Below are positions 13,391 to 25,649 of a stretch of 64,000 nt of DNA, piece by piece; position 1 is the stretch's first letter, and each line of letters starts with the position of its first letter. The notes below the pieces were generated by a model. That model made no database searches. It was not told where the DNA came from and saw only the letters and a list, made by a program, of their open reading frames with translations. Origin of the DNA: Octopus vulgaris (Eukaryota); contig OX597814.1 of NCBI GenBank assembly GCA_951406725.2, forward strand, positions 98,022,001-98,086,000. The letters are read 5' to 3'. A program made the position numbers and the translations under genes.

Positions 13391-13790
13391 GGGTAGATAT
13401 GGCTGTACGGTTAAGAAGCACACTTTGTAACTACATGGTCTTGGGTTCAATCCAACTGCGCAGACCCTTGAGTAAGTGTCATCCACTACAGCTCCGGAAG
13501 GACTAACGCCTTTTGAGTAAATTTGGTAGAAAAAACACTGCGAGGGAGCCCGTCGTGTGTGTGAGTATGTGTGTGTGTGTTTGTGACTGTGTTTCTTGTC
13601 CTCGTTTGCTGTTTGACAACCAGTGTTGCTTTGTTTACATTCCCGAAGTTTGGCGATCTGACAAAAGAAACCGAAAGGATAAGAAGCACCAGACTAAAAA
13701 ATTTAGAACCGAGATCGATTTGTTGTATTAAACCCTACAATGTGATGTTCCAGCATGGCCGCAGTCCAATAACCGAAACAAGTAAAAGAT
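13391..13790 (+). mobile_element. SINE family A (diverged)
   Basis: Same head, core and tail as 2103-2523. Confidence 0.82.
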
Positions 13791-14161
13791 GTACTTGTTT
13801 ACAAATACTCATACATAGATAATTATATTTGCAAAGTAACACGTACACGCACATCCACAAAATTATTGCAGATGATAAGTTGTGTCTTGAGAGAGAGCCC
13901 AGTCTGCACTTTCTAGCGTGTTGATCATCTACTTAGAGATTCCCTTATTTAAATCGTTGTGTTCTCCACCACCATAGCCGCTGCCGTCGTCAATTTTCTG
14001 TAAAAATAACCATCAACACGCGTTAACAAAATAAATAAAATGTATATATGTTTGGATTTGTGACTGTGACGGGCAAAAAAGACATGTTACGCCACTAAAT
14101 CTTTTACTTTATGTATCTGGGTTTGTATTTTTGCCTGTCCGTGGTCGTTTGCATACGTTTC

Positions 14162-14764
14162 TTATTTCTTTACTGCCCACAAGGGGATACACACAGAGGG
14201 GACAAACAAGGAGAGACAAACGGATTAAGTCGATTATATCGACCCCAGTGCGTAACTGATACTTATTTAATCGACCCCGAAAGGATGAAAGGCAAAGTCG
14301 ACCTCGGCGGAATTTGAACTCAGAACGGAGTGGCAGACGAAATACCTATTTCTTTACTACCCTCAAGGGGCTAAACACAGAGGGGACAAACAAGGACAGA
14401 CAGACGGATTGAGTCGATTATATCGACCCCAGTGCGTAACTAGTACTTAATTTATCGATCCCGAAAGGATGAATGGCAAAGTCGACCTCGGCGGAATTTG
14501 AACTCAGACGGTAGCGGCAGACGAAATACCTATTTCTTTACTACCCACAAGGGGCTAAACACAGAGGGGACAAACAAGGACAGACAAACGGAATAAGTCG
14601 ATTACATCGCCCCCAGTGCGTAACTTTGTACTTATTTAATCGACTCCGAAAGGATGAAAGGCAAAGTCGACCTCGGCGGAATTTGAACTCAGAACGTAAC
14701 GGCAGACGAAACACCGCTAAGCATTTCGCCCGGCGTGCTAACGTTTCTGCCAGTTCGTCGCCTT
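14162..14764 (-). mobile_element. SINE family B trimer (~183 bp period)
   Basis: Unit ends at ~14162, ~14346, ~14529; single full head at 14764; tttgcatacgtttc repeated in both flanks. Confidence 0.9.
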
Positions 14765-15429
14765 GTTACGTTTCTGTCTTTGCATACGTTTCTGTCTTTA
14801 CAAATGTATTTTTTGCTCGAGTGTGTATTGTATTTGCCTCTCACTTTTCGTCCCTCGATCATCTTCCATGCATATTAAAGAATTATTGCTTGTACTTGTT
14901 TTTGTTAGATCTTAATTAGTAAAAAAAGTAAAATGATATACTGTACCTATGCTGACAGGTTTATGTACGTCTTTATGTATGCACAATCACCATTAGAATT
15001 GACAAGGTCCGAAGCATCAACAATAGCATCTACTTGAGGTTAATTTGTGATATTTGCTTTGTGTTTTGTAATATTTGCGTTCCCATTACGTTTTATGATA
15101 TATTTTAAGCAGTGAATTCATGTAAATCTATATTATGACGTTATAAATGACAGTGTGTGTGCGTACGTACATATATATACATATCTATCTGTCTGTCTGT
15201 ATTTCTGTCTCTCTCACGCGCAAACTGGACTCTCCTACCCTTCACAAGAGATGACACAGGTGGTAATAAATACATATACGGTTTCTTGCTACGTTTATTC
15301 TTATATTTGGGTAAATGTAAATCCATTTATAATGACAAGTGATTGGTAATGTATGCATGTATGCGAGTGTGCGCATGCACACACACACACATACACACAC
15401 GTATGCCCACACATACATGCACTATCAAT

Positions 15430-16640
15430 ATCAAAATACCTCCTCATGAAGACCCTAGATTTTAATAGGCAATTCACCAAAATCATAGACGTCGATATCA
15501 ATCATCATAAACGTTGGAAAGTCAACCCTAATCCACGATGATTCATACTGGGTAAAAAGTGAAGGTGACCTACTGTTCGGCGTATCTATAGGGCGCTACG
15601 ACGGGGCTGAGATCGCTGACCATGTCGAGTTATTTATGCTGGATACTCTAAGGAAGCGCACTTTCTCCCATACTTCGGCCCTGTATAAGGATGATGGCCT
15701 GGCAATTTCAAGCTAAATAAACTGTCATATCATAGACATGTTCAGGAAGGGTTTCTTTTATTCTTTTACTTGTTTCAGTCATTTGACTGCGGCCATGCTG
15801 GAGCACAGCCTTTTAGTCGAGGAAATCGACCCCAGGACTTATTCTTTGTAAGTCTAGTACTTATCCTATCGGTCTCTTTTGCCGAACCGCTAAGTTACGG
15901 GGACGTAAACACACCAGCATCGGTTGTAAAGCAATGTTGGAGGGGGGGGACAAACACAGACACACAAACACACGCGCAAATATATATATACATATATACG
16001 ATGGGCTTATTTCAGTTTCCGTCTACCAAATCACAAGGCTTTGGTCGGACCGAGGCTATAGTAGAAGACACTTGCCCAAGATGCCACGTAGTAGGACTGA
16101 ACCCGGTACCATGTGGTTCGTAAGCAAGCTACTTACCACACATCCGCTCCTGATAAAGATACGTACCACACAGCCACTCCATCTGATAAAGATGTTCAAT
16201 GAATTTGGCTTATCTATAACAGTTAGCACCGATTTGACAGAGGTCAACTTCCTGGACACAGTCCTAGTTCTGAGGAAGGAAAAGTACCACCCATACAGAA
16301 ATACCATTGAAGAAATTGATTATATTCATTGAAATCCCAATATCCCTCAGCTAGAATTAGAAACCTAGTCACAGGCATATGTAGAAGAATAGCTAATCTC
16401 TCAGCGGTGTTCAACAGAGCTGCACCCTACTATAACGATGCATTAGGGAGGAGTGGTTTTACTGATAAGTGAGTATGTATGGAGGGTGCCCTGCCCCATC
16501 CCCTGAACCAGAAAAGAGTCAAAAAGAGAAAAATAATTTCGTCCAGTCCTCCATTCAATCTAAAAAAACCCAACTAACATAATTAGGACTTTCCTGATGC
16601 TAATTAAAAATACATTTCTCTTGAAAAATGCTTTACGTAC
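15430..16640 (+). mobile_element. Degraded Penelope-like RT (probably Naiad-type), split by a SINE
   Basis: WVKSEGDLLFGVSIGRYDGAEIADHVELFML...LYKDDGLA, resuming after the SINE as LIKMFNEFGLSITVSTDLTEVNFLD...YHPYR and KRKII...PPF. Confidence 0.78.
15756..16149 (-). mobile_element. SINE family A inserted into PLE remnant
   Basis: Reverse complement of the family A sequence. Confidence 0.9.
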
Positions 16641-16734
16641 TAAAAACTCATATATTATTTGTGCATGTACATATATATCGGTATGCATAAATATATATAT
16701 ATATGTATCTGCGTGTATGTATGCTTATATACAC

Positions 16735-16838
16735 ATACATACATACATACATACATACATACATACATACATACATACATACATACATACATACACACAC
16801 ATACATACATACATACATACATACATACATACATACAT

Positions 16839-16891
<53 letters not shown>

Positions 16892-16900
16892 CAACACACG
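16735..16900. repeat. (ACAT)n/(CA)n/(TA)n compound microsatellite
   Basis: Direct reading. Confidence 0.95.
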
Positions 16901-17243
16901 CACACACATATGGTAATTGCAATGTAGTATAAACTGAATAATTGGGTTCCAAATAGTTCTTTTCTTTAAAAATCGAACATACATAAGCTATTTGAATTAT
17001 GTGATCGGTTTCGAAACCCAGCTTGAGCAACTTCAAGCTTTATACATGATACAGCTGGAAACAACTTGAGATAGACCAATAAAAAATTTAAATAATGTGT
17101 GTGTATGTGTGTAAGTGTATGCATACACACACACACACACTTACACACACATGCACGCACGCACATACACACACGTAACCCCTCCACACACACACAAATA
17201 TCTATGTGGGTTGCCTAATCAAAAAGAGTCTTGAAAGTACAGA

Positions 17244-17320
<77 letters not shown>

Positions 17321-17585
17321 TATATACATATATATATAATGTATAGTTTGTAACGTAGATATAAGACCTAAAATTTGTGGAAGGGGCTTAATATTTCCTC
17401 TCCCAAATTTCCTCCCTCCTAATACTTCACTGATATCGTATCTTATCGGCTCCGAAAATATACGGGAGGCAAAGTTAATCTTAGCTAAGATTGGCTTTTC
17501 AAATGTTGGGATTTGTTACTAAATCCACTGTAATAATTCTGTCAATCATCAAAATTAATACATGCATAAAATAGTTATAAGCATA

Positions 17586-17655
<70 letters not shown>

Positions 17656-17719
17656 ACACACATACACAAATACACAAATACATACTTATTGGTGTCATTC
17701 TTGATAAAAGACATCTTTT

Positions 17720-17930
17720 CTACTATAGGCAGTATGGCATAAAATTCTGGAGGATTGAGCTAGTCGATACCATCGACCTTAATACGCAACTGGTTCCTTA
17801 TTTTATCGATCTCGAAAGGACAAAAGACAAAGTCGACTCCGGCGGCATTTGAACTCAGAACTTAAAGACGGACGAAATACCGCTAAGCGATTTCTCCAGC
17901 GTGCTAACGTTTCTGCCTGCTCATCGCTTT
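17720..17930 (-). mobile_element. SINE family B (older tail type)
   Basis: aaagtcgactccggcggcatttgaactcagaac core. Confidence 0.82.
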
Positions 17931-18059
17931 ATTCTTGTTAAATGATATCAAAATGAAGAAAAAAAACCCCAAGGACTTTGTACTATTTTCACGACTTTTC
18001 TCCAGTGTTTTCGACCCTGGTCTATCTTTTTGTTTCTCTCTAGTCAGATTACCGATTTT

Positions 18060-18315
18060 TCAGCTCTGATTCCGTATCCTGCCTCACTGAAGGAAGTTCT
18101 TCTCCCAGGTCTTGTTGGTTTTGAATTGTCATCGATGTCTCTGTAATTTTGCTTAAATCTACATAGGGGCGTTAGGAAGAGGTGGTCCTCACAAGATTGG
18201 CCTCTATCTTTTGATCTGTCCAGCAAGAGAGACCTTACAAGAGCTTGTGCTGTGCTAGCATAGTTCTCATGGTCGTTAACGCATACAAGCTACCACACTA
18301 CAACAAAGACTGGAC
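18060..18315 (-). mobile_element. Possible RTE-clade LINE 5' region remnant
   Basis: gagaccttacaagagc...gctagcatagttctcatggtcgttaacgcatacaagctaccacactacaac resembles the reverse complement of RTE 5' UTRs as recalled; highly diverged. Confidence 0.4.
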
Positions 18316-18511
18316 CTTGTGGTGTATGTAGTCATAGTTGTGAGTGTGTTCTTCACAGTTAAGGGATGGTAATTTAGCGCTCTTGGGCCATGTTATACAT
18401 TTTGACAGAAGCGGATTTTTGATGATAAACATAGCTTAAAGACAGAAGCCACGAAACCAGAGTTAGCTTATATAAGTTAACACGTGTCATTTTAAAATAA
18501 AATGATATAAA

Positions 18512-18551
<40 letters not shown>

Positions 18552-18924
18552 ACACACACACACACACACACACACATACACACACACACACACACACAGG
18601 AGTAATGTTTGTTAGGCATTTTGTATAAAATAATCTCTAATTCAGTGTTGATATAGGAAATCCCCATTGAGTCAAGATCAACGGCTAATCTAAAGAAAGA
18701 AATACCACAGATAGGTAATTACTTTTGCTGAGGTGACGGTCAATTAATTTCGAGGAACTTCAACTCACGACTCATGGCCCGATTGTGGAACAAGTTATCT
18801 TTCCTTCAAGTAACACGTATCTAAATAATTACCGAATGTAACTTTACTGTCACTAATTTCCTTCACGTAACATTCAACCAAAATATCAGCATAATCGCAT
18901 TATAAAGCAAGCAACCACCCACCC

Positions 18925-18958
18925 ACCCAAAACCCAACCAACCAATCAACCAATCAAC

Positions 18959-19001
<43 letters not shown>

Positions 19002-19353
19002 CCAACCAACCAACCAACCAACCAACCAACCAACCAACCAACCAGCCAACCAACCAACCAACCAGCCAACCAGCCAGCCAACCAACCAACCAACCAGCCA
19101 ACCAATCAACCAACCAACCGACCGACCAACCAACCAACCAGCCAACCAACCAACCAGCCAGCCAACCACCCACCCACCCAACCAGCCAACCAACCAACCA
19201 ACCAACCAACCAACCAACCAACCAACCAACCAACCAACCAACCAACCAACCAACCAACCAACCAACCAACCAAACCAACCAACCAACCAACCAACCAACC
19301 AACCAACCAACCAACCAACCAACCAACCAACCAACCAACCAACCAGCCAACCA
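18925..19353. repeat. ~430 bp (AACC)n/(AAGC)n tetranucleotide array
   Basis: Direct reading; explains the WLVG-repeat ORFs. Confidence 0.97.
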
Positions 19354-19509
19354 GTCACTTCATAAACTGCTTTTGAAACCCCGAGAAATATAACTAACAA
19401 CTTTGTTAAAGACACTTCCTTTTTTAAATAGTCAAACTTTCTACAAACGAACAAATATTGCGTGAGAATGCAGCTTACTATAATGACACCTTTATAAAAC
19501 TTGGATACC

Positions 19510-19730
19510 ATTGGTTTCAATTTCTGGCGCAACGCCAGCAGTTTGGGGTGAGAGGATAAGTCGATTACATCGACCCCCAGTGCTCAACTGGTACTTATTT
19601 TATCAACCTTGAAAGGATGAAAGGCAAAGTCTACCTCGGTGGAATTTGAACTCAGAAATGTAAAGACGGACAAGATGCCGCTCAGCATTCTGCCCGGCGT
19701 GCTAACGATTCTACCAGCTCGCTGCCTTAA
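19510..19730 (-). mobile_element. SINE family B (older tail type)
   Basis: Full head gcagcgagctggtagaatcgttagcacgccggg plus core. Confidence 0.88.
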
Positions 19731-19857
19731 ACTCTTGGAGACTATTAAAAAAAAAACCCCAAAACCCCCAAAACAAAAACAAACATATATTGAAGGCAAC
19801 GAGAAAACCACTAACAATAGTAAAAATAGAAATATGTATGGCTTTATATGTATAAGT

Positions 19858-20107
19858 GGAGACGCGTGGATTAGTGGTTAGGGTGTCAGCATCATGATTG
19901 AAAGATTGTGGTTTCGATTCCTGGACCGGGCAACGCGTTGTGTTCTTGAGCAAAACACTTCATTTCATGTTCCTCCAGTCCACTCAGCTGGCAAAAATGA
20001 GTAACGCTGCGATGGACTGGCGTCCCGTCCAGCTGGGGAACACATGCGCCATTGAAACCGGGAAACCGGGCCCTTGAGCCTGGCTAGGCTTTAAAAGGGC
20101 GCATTTA
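19858..20107 (+). mobile_element. SINE family C
   Basis: tRNA head (tggattagtggtt, ggtttcgattcc), gtgttcttgagcaaaacact and ctgcgatggactggcgtcccgtccag blocks. Confidence 0.85.
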
Positions 20108-20165
20108 TTTTTTTTATTTATATATATATAAACATAACTATCTCTCAGACACACGCGCGCGCGCG

Positions 20166-20234
<69 letters not shown>

Positions 20235-20730
20235 CGTTATTTTCAGGAAGTGGCAGAGTAATCACCATTCGAACTTTACTGGTATTTATACATACCGGCG
20301 TTATAGCAAATGCTTTTAAACCATCGAAAAATACAAAGACCAACCGAATATTCGAGAAATTTTTTACTTGAATGTGATCTATTTTCAGAATCAAACTTCA
20401 TTTATTAAATTCAGAGGGGGGCTATAATAATAGCAGCGAACGGCTATAGGTGTTTAAGTGTGTTTGAACTTAACAAGAAAAAAATTCATGGCAAACACTA
20501 ATAACATACCGTATTATTTTCTTATTGCAACATCAGCGAGTCACAACTTGTCGACACAACTTTCCTTACCGCATTTCCCAATCAATCCACCATTCCTTTA
20601 CTTGAAAAAAACCTTTAACATCATTTACACCAAGGGAGTTTACATTAATCAAAAGCAATAACGAAAATACAAATGCATTCATGAATACATAAACAAATAA
20701 CAAAAATGTTTTTTAATTAATTTAGCTTAC

Positions 20731-21096
20731 TTTTCGGCTCGTATTATCCTGACGTAAACCTGATCTGTTTAGAATCAACATAGTTTCTTTTGATATGTCT
20801 TCTTTCTTCCCCGATCGCAGGACTACAGGTTGACTCGGAGGTAAAAGACTACTGGATTCTCTTAGCAAAGGTATACCATTAGGTCTTTGACAGGCGGTGT
20901 TTTCTGATTTTTCAGTTGGTGTGACGCTCGTGGGAACAGTGTCTTGGCTTTTGGATTCGATTTGGCTTTTAGATTTTTCTTTGATGCTGGTTCTGCGCTC
21001 GGCTGGCTTCGACAAACCATGTGCCGGACACATTTGCCCATGTCTATGAGTAACGTGCTTTGGTTGTAATTTTTTAATAATGCTGCCGCAAGACAT
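20731..21096 (-). CDS. LRRC74: Probable first coding exon of LRRC74-like gene (low-complexity N-terminus); exon starts at 21142 with 46 nt 5'UTR
   Basis: Acceptor atttttcag| at 21142, in-frame stop before ATG 21096, 366 nt open to AAA|gtaagc donor (phase 0), matching the phase-0 start of the 5979 exon. Linkage is inferred from phase only. Confidence 0.62.
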
Positions 21097-21527
21097 TCTT
21101 TGTTGTTATAAAAGTTCTCCAGGTTTATAGTATTTCAAATATCTGAAAAATATGGATTTGGAAAATATATATATTGTACAGGATTTCAAAACGAAACTGT
21201 GTGGCACGTAAACTGCTCTTCAAAACTATAAAGCCAGAGCGCTGTCAGCTTTTTTTCTGGTGAACTACACTATCCAGATTAATGAAACTCATTTCTAGAT
21301 AGGAAATGGAATAGAAGAAGGCATTGCAATATTCAAATTTATTGAAATCCAAGAATAAATTAGACAATAATTCAAAGACACATACTTAGCCAGAAACCAC
21401 CAGTTCAAAACTATAACGGCAGGTTGAATAATGTTGCAAAAATTATGCAAAACAGGGAAATTATAATATATTTTAATATTTTCATGCAATACATATTTCA
21501 ATGATATTCTTATGCAATAAATATATA

Positions 21528-21938
21528 TTTTATTGCCCACAAGGGGCTAAACATAGAGGGAACAAACGAGGACAGAAAAAGGGATTAAGTCGATTACATC
21601 GACCCCAGTGTGAAAGTGGTACTTTATTTATCGACCCCGAAAGAATGAAAGGCAAAGCCGACCTCGGCGGAATTTGAACTCAGAACGTAACGGCAGACGA
21701 AATACCTATTTCTTTACTACCCACAAGGGGCTAAACACAGAGAGGACAAACAAGGACAGACAAATGGATTAAGTCGATTATATCGACCCCAGTGCGTAGC
21801 TGGTACTTATTTAATCGACCCCAAAAGGATGAAAGGCAAAGTCGTCTCGGCGGCATTTGAACTCAGAACGTAGCGGCAGACGAAATACCGCTGAGCATTT
21901 CGCCCGGCGTGCTAACGACTCTGCCAGCTCACCGCCTT
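21528..21938 (-). mobile_element. SINE family B dimer with ~16 bp TSD
   Basis: Two units; ttct(t/c)atgcaataaat at ~21507 and ~21940. Confidence 0.9.
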
Positions 21939-21944
21939 GTTCTC

Positions 21945-22850
21945 ATGCAATAAATGGTGTGTTTGATCACCACCTTTCTGAATTACTTCAAAGGCACACG
22001 ATTTCATACTCTCAATCAACTTCTGCAGCAGATCAAGTAGAAGCTCTTCTCAGGCCTCCTTTATTGCCGTTTCAAGTTCATCAACAGACGAATGCTGCTT
22101 GCCTTCACTGTACACAACATTCGTGAGATATCCCTAGGCATTCTCTATAGGATTACAGTCGGGACAATTTGTTGGCCCTGGCAATGGCATGGAGGAAATC
22201 CAAAGTTGTCTTTGCTTTATGAATAGGAGCATTGTCTTGTTGAAATAAGACGTTCTCGCCATGGAGCCTTCTTCCTTCTTCGTCAATGTGAGCCCCGTCC
22301 AACACATTGATGTATCGTGCAACATTGAAACGGCCATCTTCGATGACAAGTAGCAGCTCCTCGTTAGTAGATATTGCTCCCCACACTATAAGACCTCCTC
22401 CGCTGTTCTGCTACTTGGAATAAGTAGAATTTTGTATACATTTATCTGACCAGTAATACTTATAACTGTGGGGCCATCCAAATTCCATTTTTTTTCTCAT
22501 TAGAGAACAGAAGGCTGGTCCGTTCACCATCCTACGTCTGATGCTTCCGAGCAAACTACAATCTGACAGCTTTGTGGGAAGAAGACACTAACGGTGATTG
22601 TCGAGGATCCTACTGCCTTGAAGAGCAGCGTAACTCTGACAATAGCCCTTTCATCCCTCTCTGATGTAGTCTTGGGACGTCCACTAGCACGAACCCTCTT
22701 GTAGCCATCAGGATCTTTCAGAAAATTGTCCGCTGGCGTTCTGCTTCGCCGAATCTTCTCGGCAATCTTCTGGTTACTCACTCCTTCCGCTTTCAGTGCA
22801 AGAATCTTCTCTTGCTCAATTTCGGAAAGCTTTGTAGCTTTAGGTATATT
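21945..22850 (-). mobile_element. Degraded Tc1-like transposase
   Basis: SGRPKTTSERDERAI, FSNEKKWNLDGP, VWGAIS, FQQDNAPIH, PDCNPIENA. Confidence 0.88.
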
Positions 22851-23839
22851 GTAAATGTAATTTGGATCACGGAGAATACAATTGAGTCGGATATTTCCCG
22901 GAAAAATCTGGAAAGAAATGAAAGTGTACCAGAGGTTTCATAGTTTTCAAGTGTTGATATGCTAGGAAAAATTGGAAAATCAGGTGATGTAATGTAATAA
23001 TAAAGGTACAAAGTTTACATTTTAAAGTATTGACGAAATACCCATTTACAATATATTATGCCTCTTGGTTTACTTAAATACAGAGCTAAATTTTAAAATA
23101 ACTTAAAAAACATGACTTTATAGTTTTGAATAGTAGTTTAAGTAGGAAAAACAGATGAGATGTAAGAAAGTCCTGTCGCATTGCATGAAGGGAAAGAAAA
23201 CAAATGCTTCTTTATCTTAAGGGACATTAATTAATTTAATCAGGATATTTCCCTTCATTATTGTTAAAACAATTCCATCCATTTGTCAAATTGCTGATCC
23301 CTCGGGCGGAAAATACTTCAGGTTTTGAAGCAAAGAAACTCTCCATACAATTTTTAACCACTTTATAATTAATATATTGTTTTTCCTGTAAATAATGTTG
23401 CAATGATCTGAAAAGTTAACAGTTAGATGTAGCAAGGTTAGGAGAGTAAGGAGAATGTGGCAAGATTTACATATTTAGGGCCATAAACTTTTCCTTGGTG
23501 ACTAGGGAAATATGTAGTTATGTAACTACATATTTCCCTAGTCTCCAAGACAGTGCTTTATAGGTGCGAAACGAATGATCCCTCTCTGACCGGCCATAAC
23601 AAACAAACACACACACATACTGATACGTATGTATGTTTGTATGTATATACGTACGTACATATGTATGTATACGTTGGGGTGTATTTTTGAATTTGTGCTT
23701 GTATCCCACTACTGCTTGATAACTGGTGTTAGTTTGTTTACGTCCGCGTAAGTTTATTTACAATGTAAAGAGATAAGAAATGATTTATCTTCATTATAAA
23801 CACCAAAGTAATGTAAATATCATAATTCTATTTAGACAA

Positions 23840-24300
23840 CAAATTAACGAGTATTAACATCTTGTATCAGTATTGGCAAATCTACGTATGCTGTCAGTAC
23901 TTCATAAGTTTATTTAAAACGTGGTTAGGGATATTTTTAGTTTCCTTCAAGACACAGACTTACCATAAGAGTTAATTCTATAATTTGCTCTTTTTAGTAA
24001 AGCTGATTAACGTCTTTTTATTTCAGTACAAAGATAAATTTTTATCAATTAAACTAAGCAAAAATTCCACCTCGTTTAGACTGCAACTCGTAAAATCGTA
24101 AATTTATTTAGAAAGAAACGTGACAGGAAATAGTTTATGGCTAATTTTATTTAGTAAAGCTAATTAACGCCTTTTTATCGCATTTAGTGAAATTTTATTT
24201 CGCAACCATATTAACATAAATCCACGTCGTTTACACTGTGCTTCGTAAGTTTTCTTACGAAGGAACGTGATAGGAAATATTTTAATTTTTCCTTTAGACA
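23840..24300. repeat. Diverged ~155 bp tandem repeat (2-3 copies)
   Basis: tagtaaagct.attaacg and aacgtg..agg.aata blocks recur near 23995 and 24152, partially near 23845. Confidence 0.6.
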
Positions 24301-24889
24301 GACGTCATGTAGGCAAAATCCTATATTTCATTTCCTTCAACTAAAAAAAGGTAGCATTTAATATCAACAGAAGCAAACCCTTGAAGTTTATACAGATTTC
24401 CTTAAGTTTATTTGCAAAGAAATCTGAAATATTTAAACTTTTCCTTATAGAGACCTAAGATTTATACATCACATCTCGTTTTATTATTCGACCTTGCTTC
24501 ATTCTCTCATAACAACTCCACTGTAAATTGCTTTGGAAACTACGTACAACTAGTCAAGAGTAATTAGAAAAAATTATCTTAACTGTTCAACTTTCACCCC
24601 CAAATTGCTATAACTTCTTTTCCTCTTGAGCAAGCTGACTTTATTGTAGCAAATGGAAGAAATATGTTTATTTCTAATGGCATGGAATATGACCTGATAA
24701 TCTGCTTGTATAGGCTTTGAAGAGCTATGGCTTCTATAGATCAATAGTGCAAACGGAAAGAAAAAAAGATGTAATGATTGCATCACATAATTCTGCAGGA
24801 CAATGTAATATAGCATGATAAGGCTAGCGCAAAGAGATTAGCAACGAAGTTTAGGCAGAATCTAGCCCTAACCCTAACCCTAAAGATCA

Positions 24890-25612
24890 GAACAGAGAAA
24901 CCAACGCCGGTCTGAGGATGATGTCAATAAAGCACAAATGACCTTTAATGGCTGCAACACCACTTCTCATAGCAATAATAGAGAAGTTGCCACTGCGAAA
25001 TAAGGACGTAAAGGAAAACCACACAGAAAAGACAATTATAAGGAAGACCATAGAAACAAGATAGATAGATACCAAGACTAAAAACAAAAGGAATAAAAAT
25101 TAAAATACTAAAGAAAAAACCCAATAATAAAGACAAGAAAACTCAAATCGAAACCCGAATCATCTATAGATTCTATGTAAAATATGTCTACTAGCATTGA
25201 AAGAAGATAGGGACAAAATGCCGCTTCGTTGACCTTAAGTGCAGATAGAGGAGAAATCAAGCTAATAATTGTTCTCCAATTCACTCAAAAAGCAGAAAAC
25301 AAAATACATCCGTGAAAGCCTACAACTTGCAAAGAACACTACCAGCAGTAAATATGATACAATGTATATCATCTGTACTCACCAAATACAATATGAAGAT
25401 GCATTGCAAGCTGCTGTCGTCCAACAAAAAGATTTTGTTAAATGTGGTACAAAAGATAGTGCACCAGTTGTCATGATTACAAACGAAATTGAGTCAAAGC
25501 CATGCGTACCTAGATACAAGGTTACCACAAGTAATAGACCCACAATGGTCTCAATTGCCGGCAAACCAAACTTCATGACAATTCTACTATCAAATGCAAG
25601 GGCCAAAATTTC
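24890..25612 (+). mobile_element. Degraded LINE 5' part (ORF1 with decayed CCCH-like finger, start of APE endonuclease)
   Basis: IYRFYVKYVY*H*KKIGTKCRFV resembles a CCCH finger; ends MTILLSNARA, typical of an APE domain start. Confidence 0.5.
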
Positions 25613-25649
25613 ACACACACACACACACACACAAATATATATGTATACA

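Noticed and set aside
16597-19532. Long ORFs with YIHT, CVCV, WLVG, IYIY or RERE repeats (also at 29-31 kb, 35.5 kb, 50 kb)
   Set aside because: Translations of microsatellites; no coding signal.
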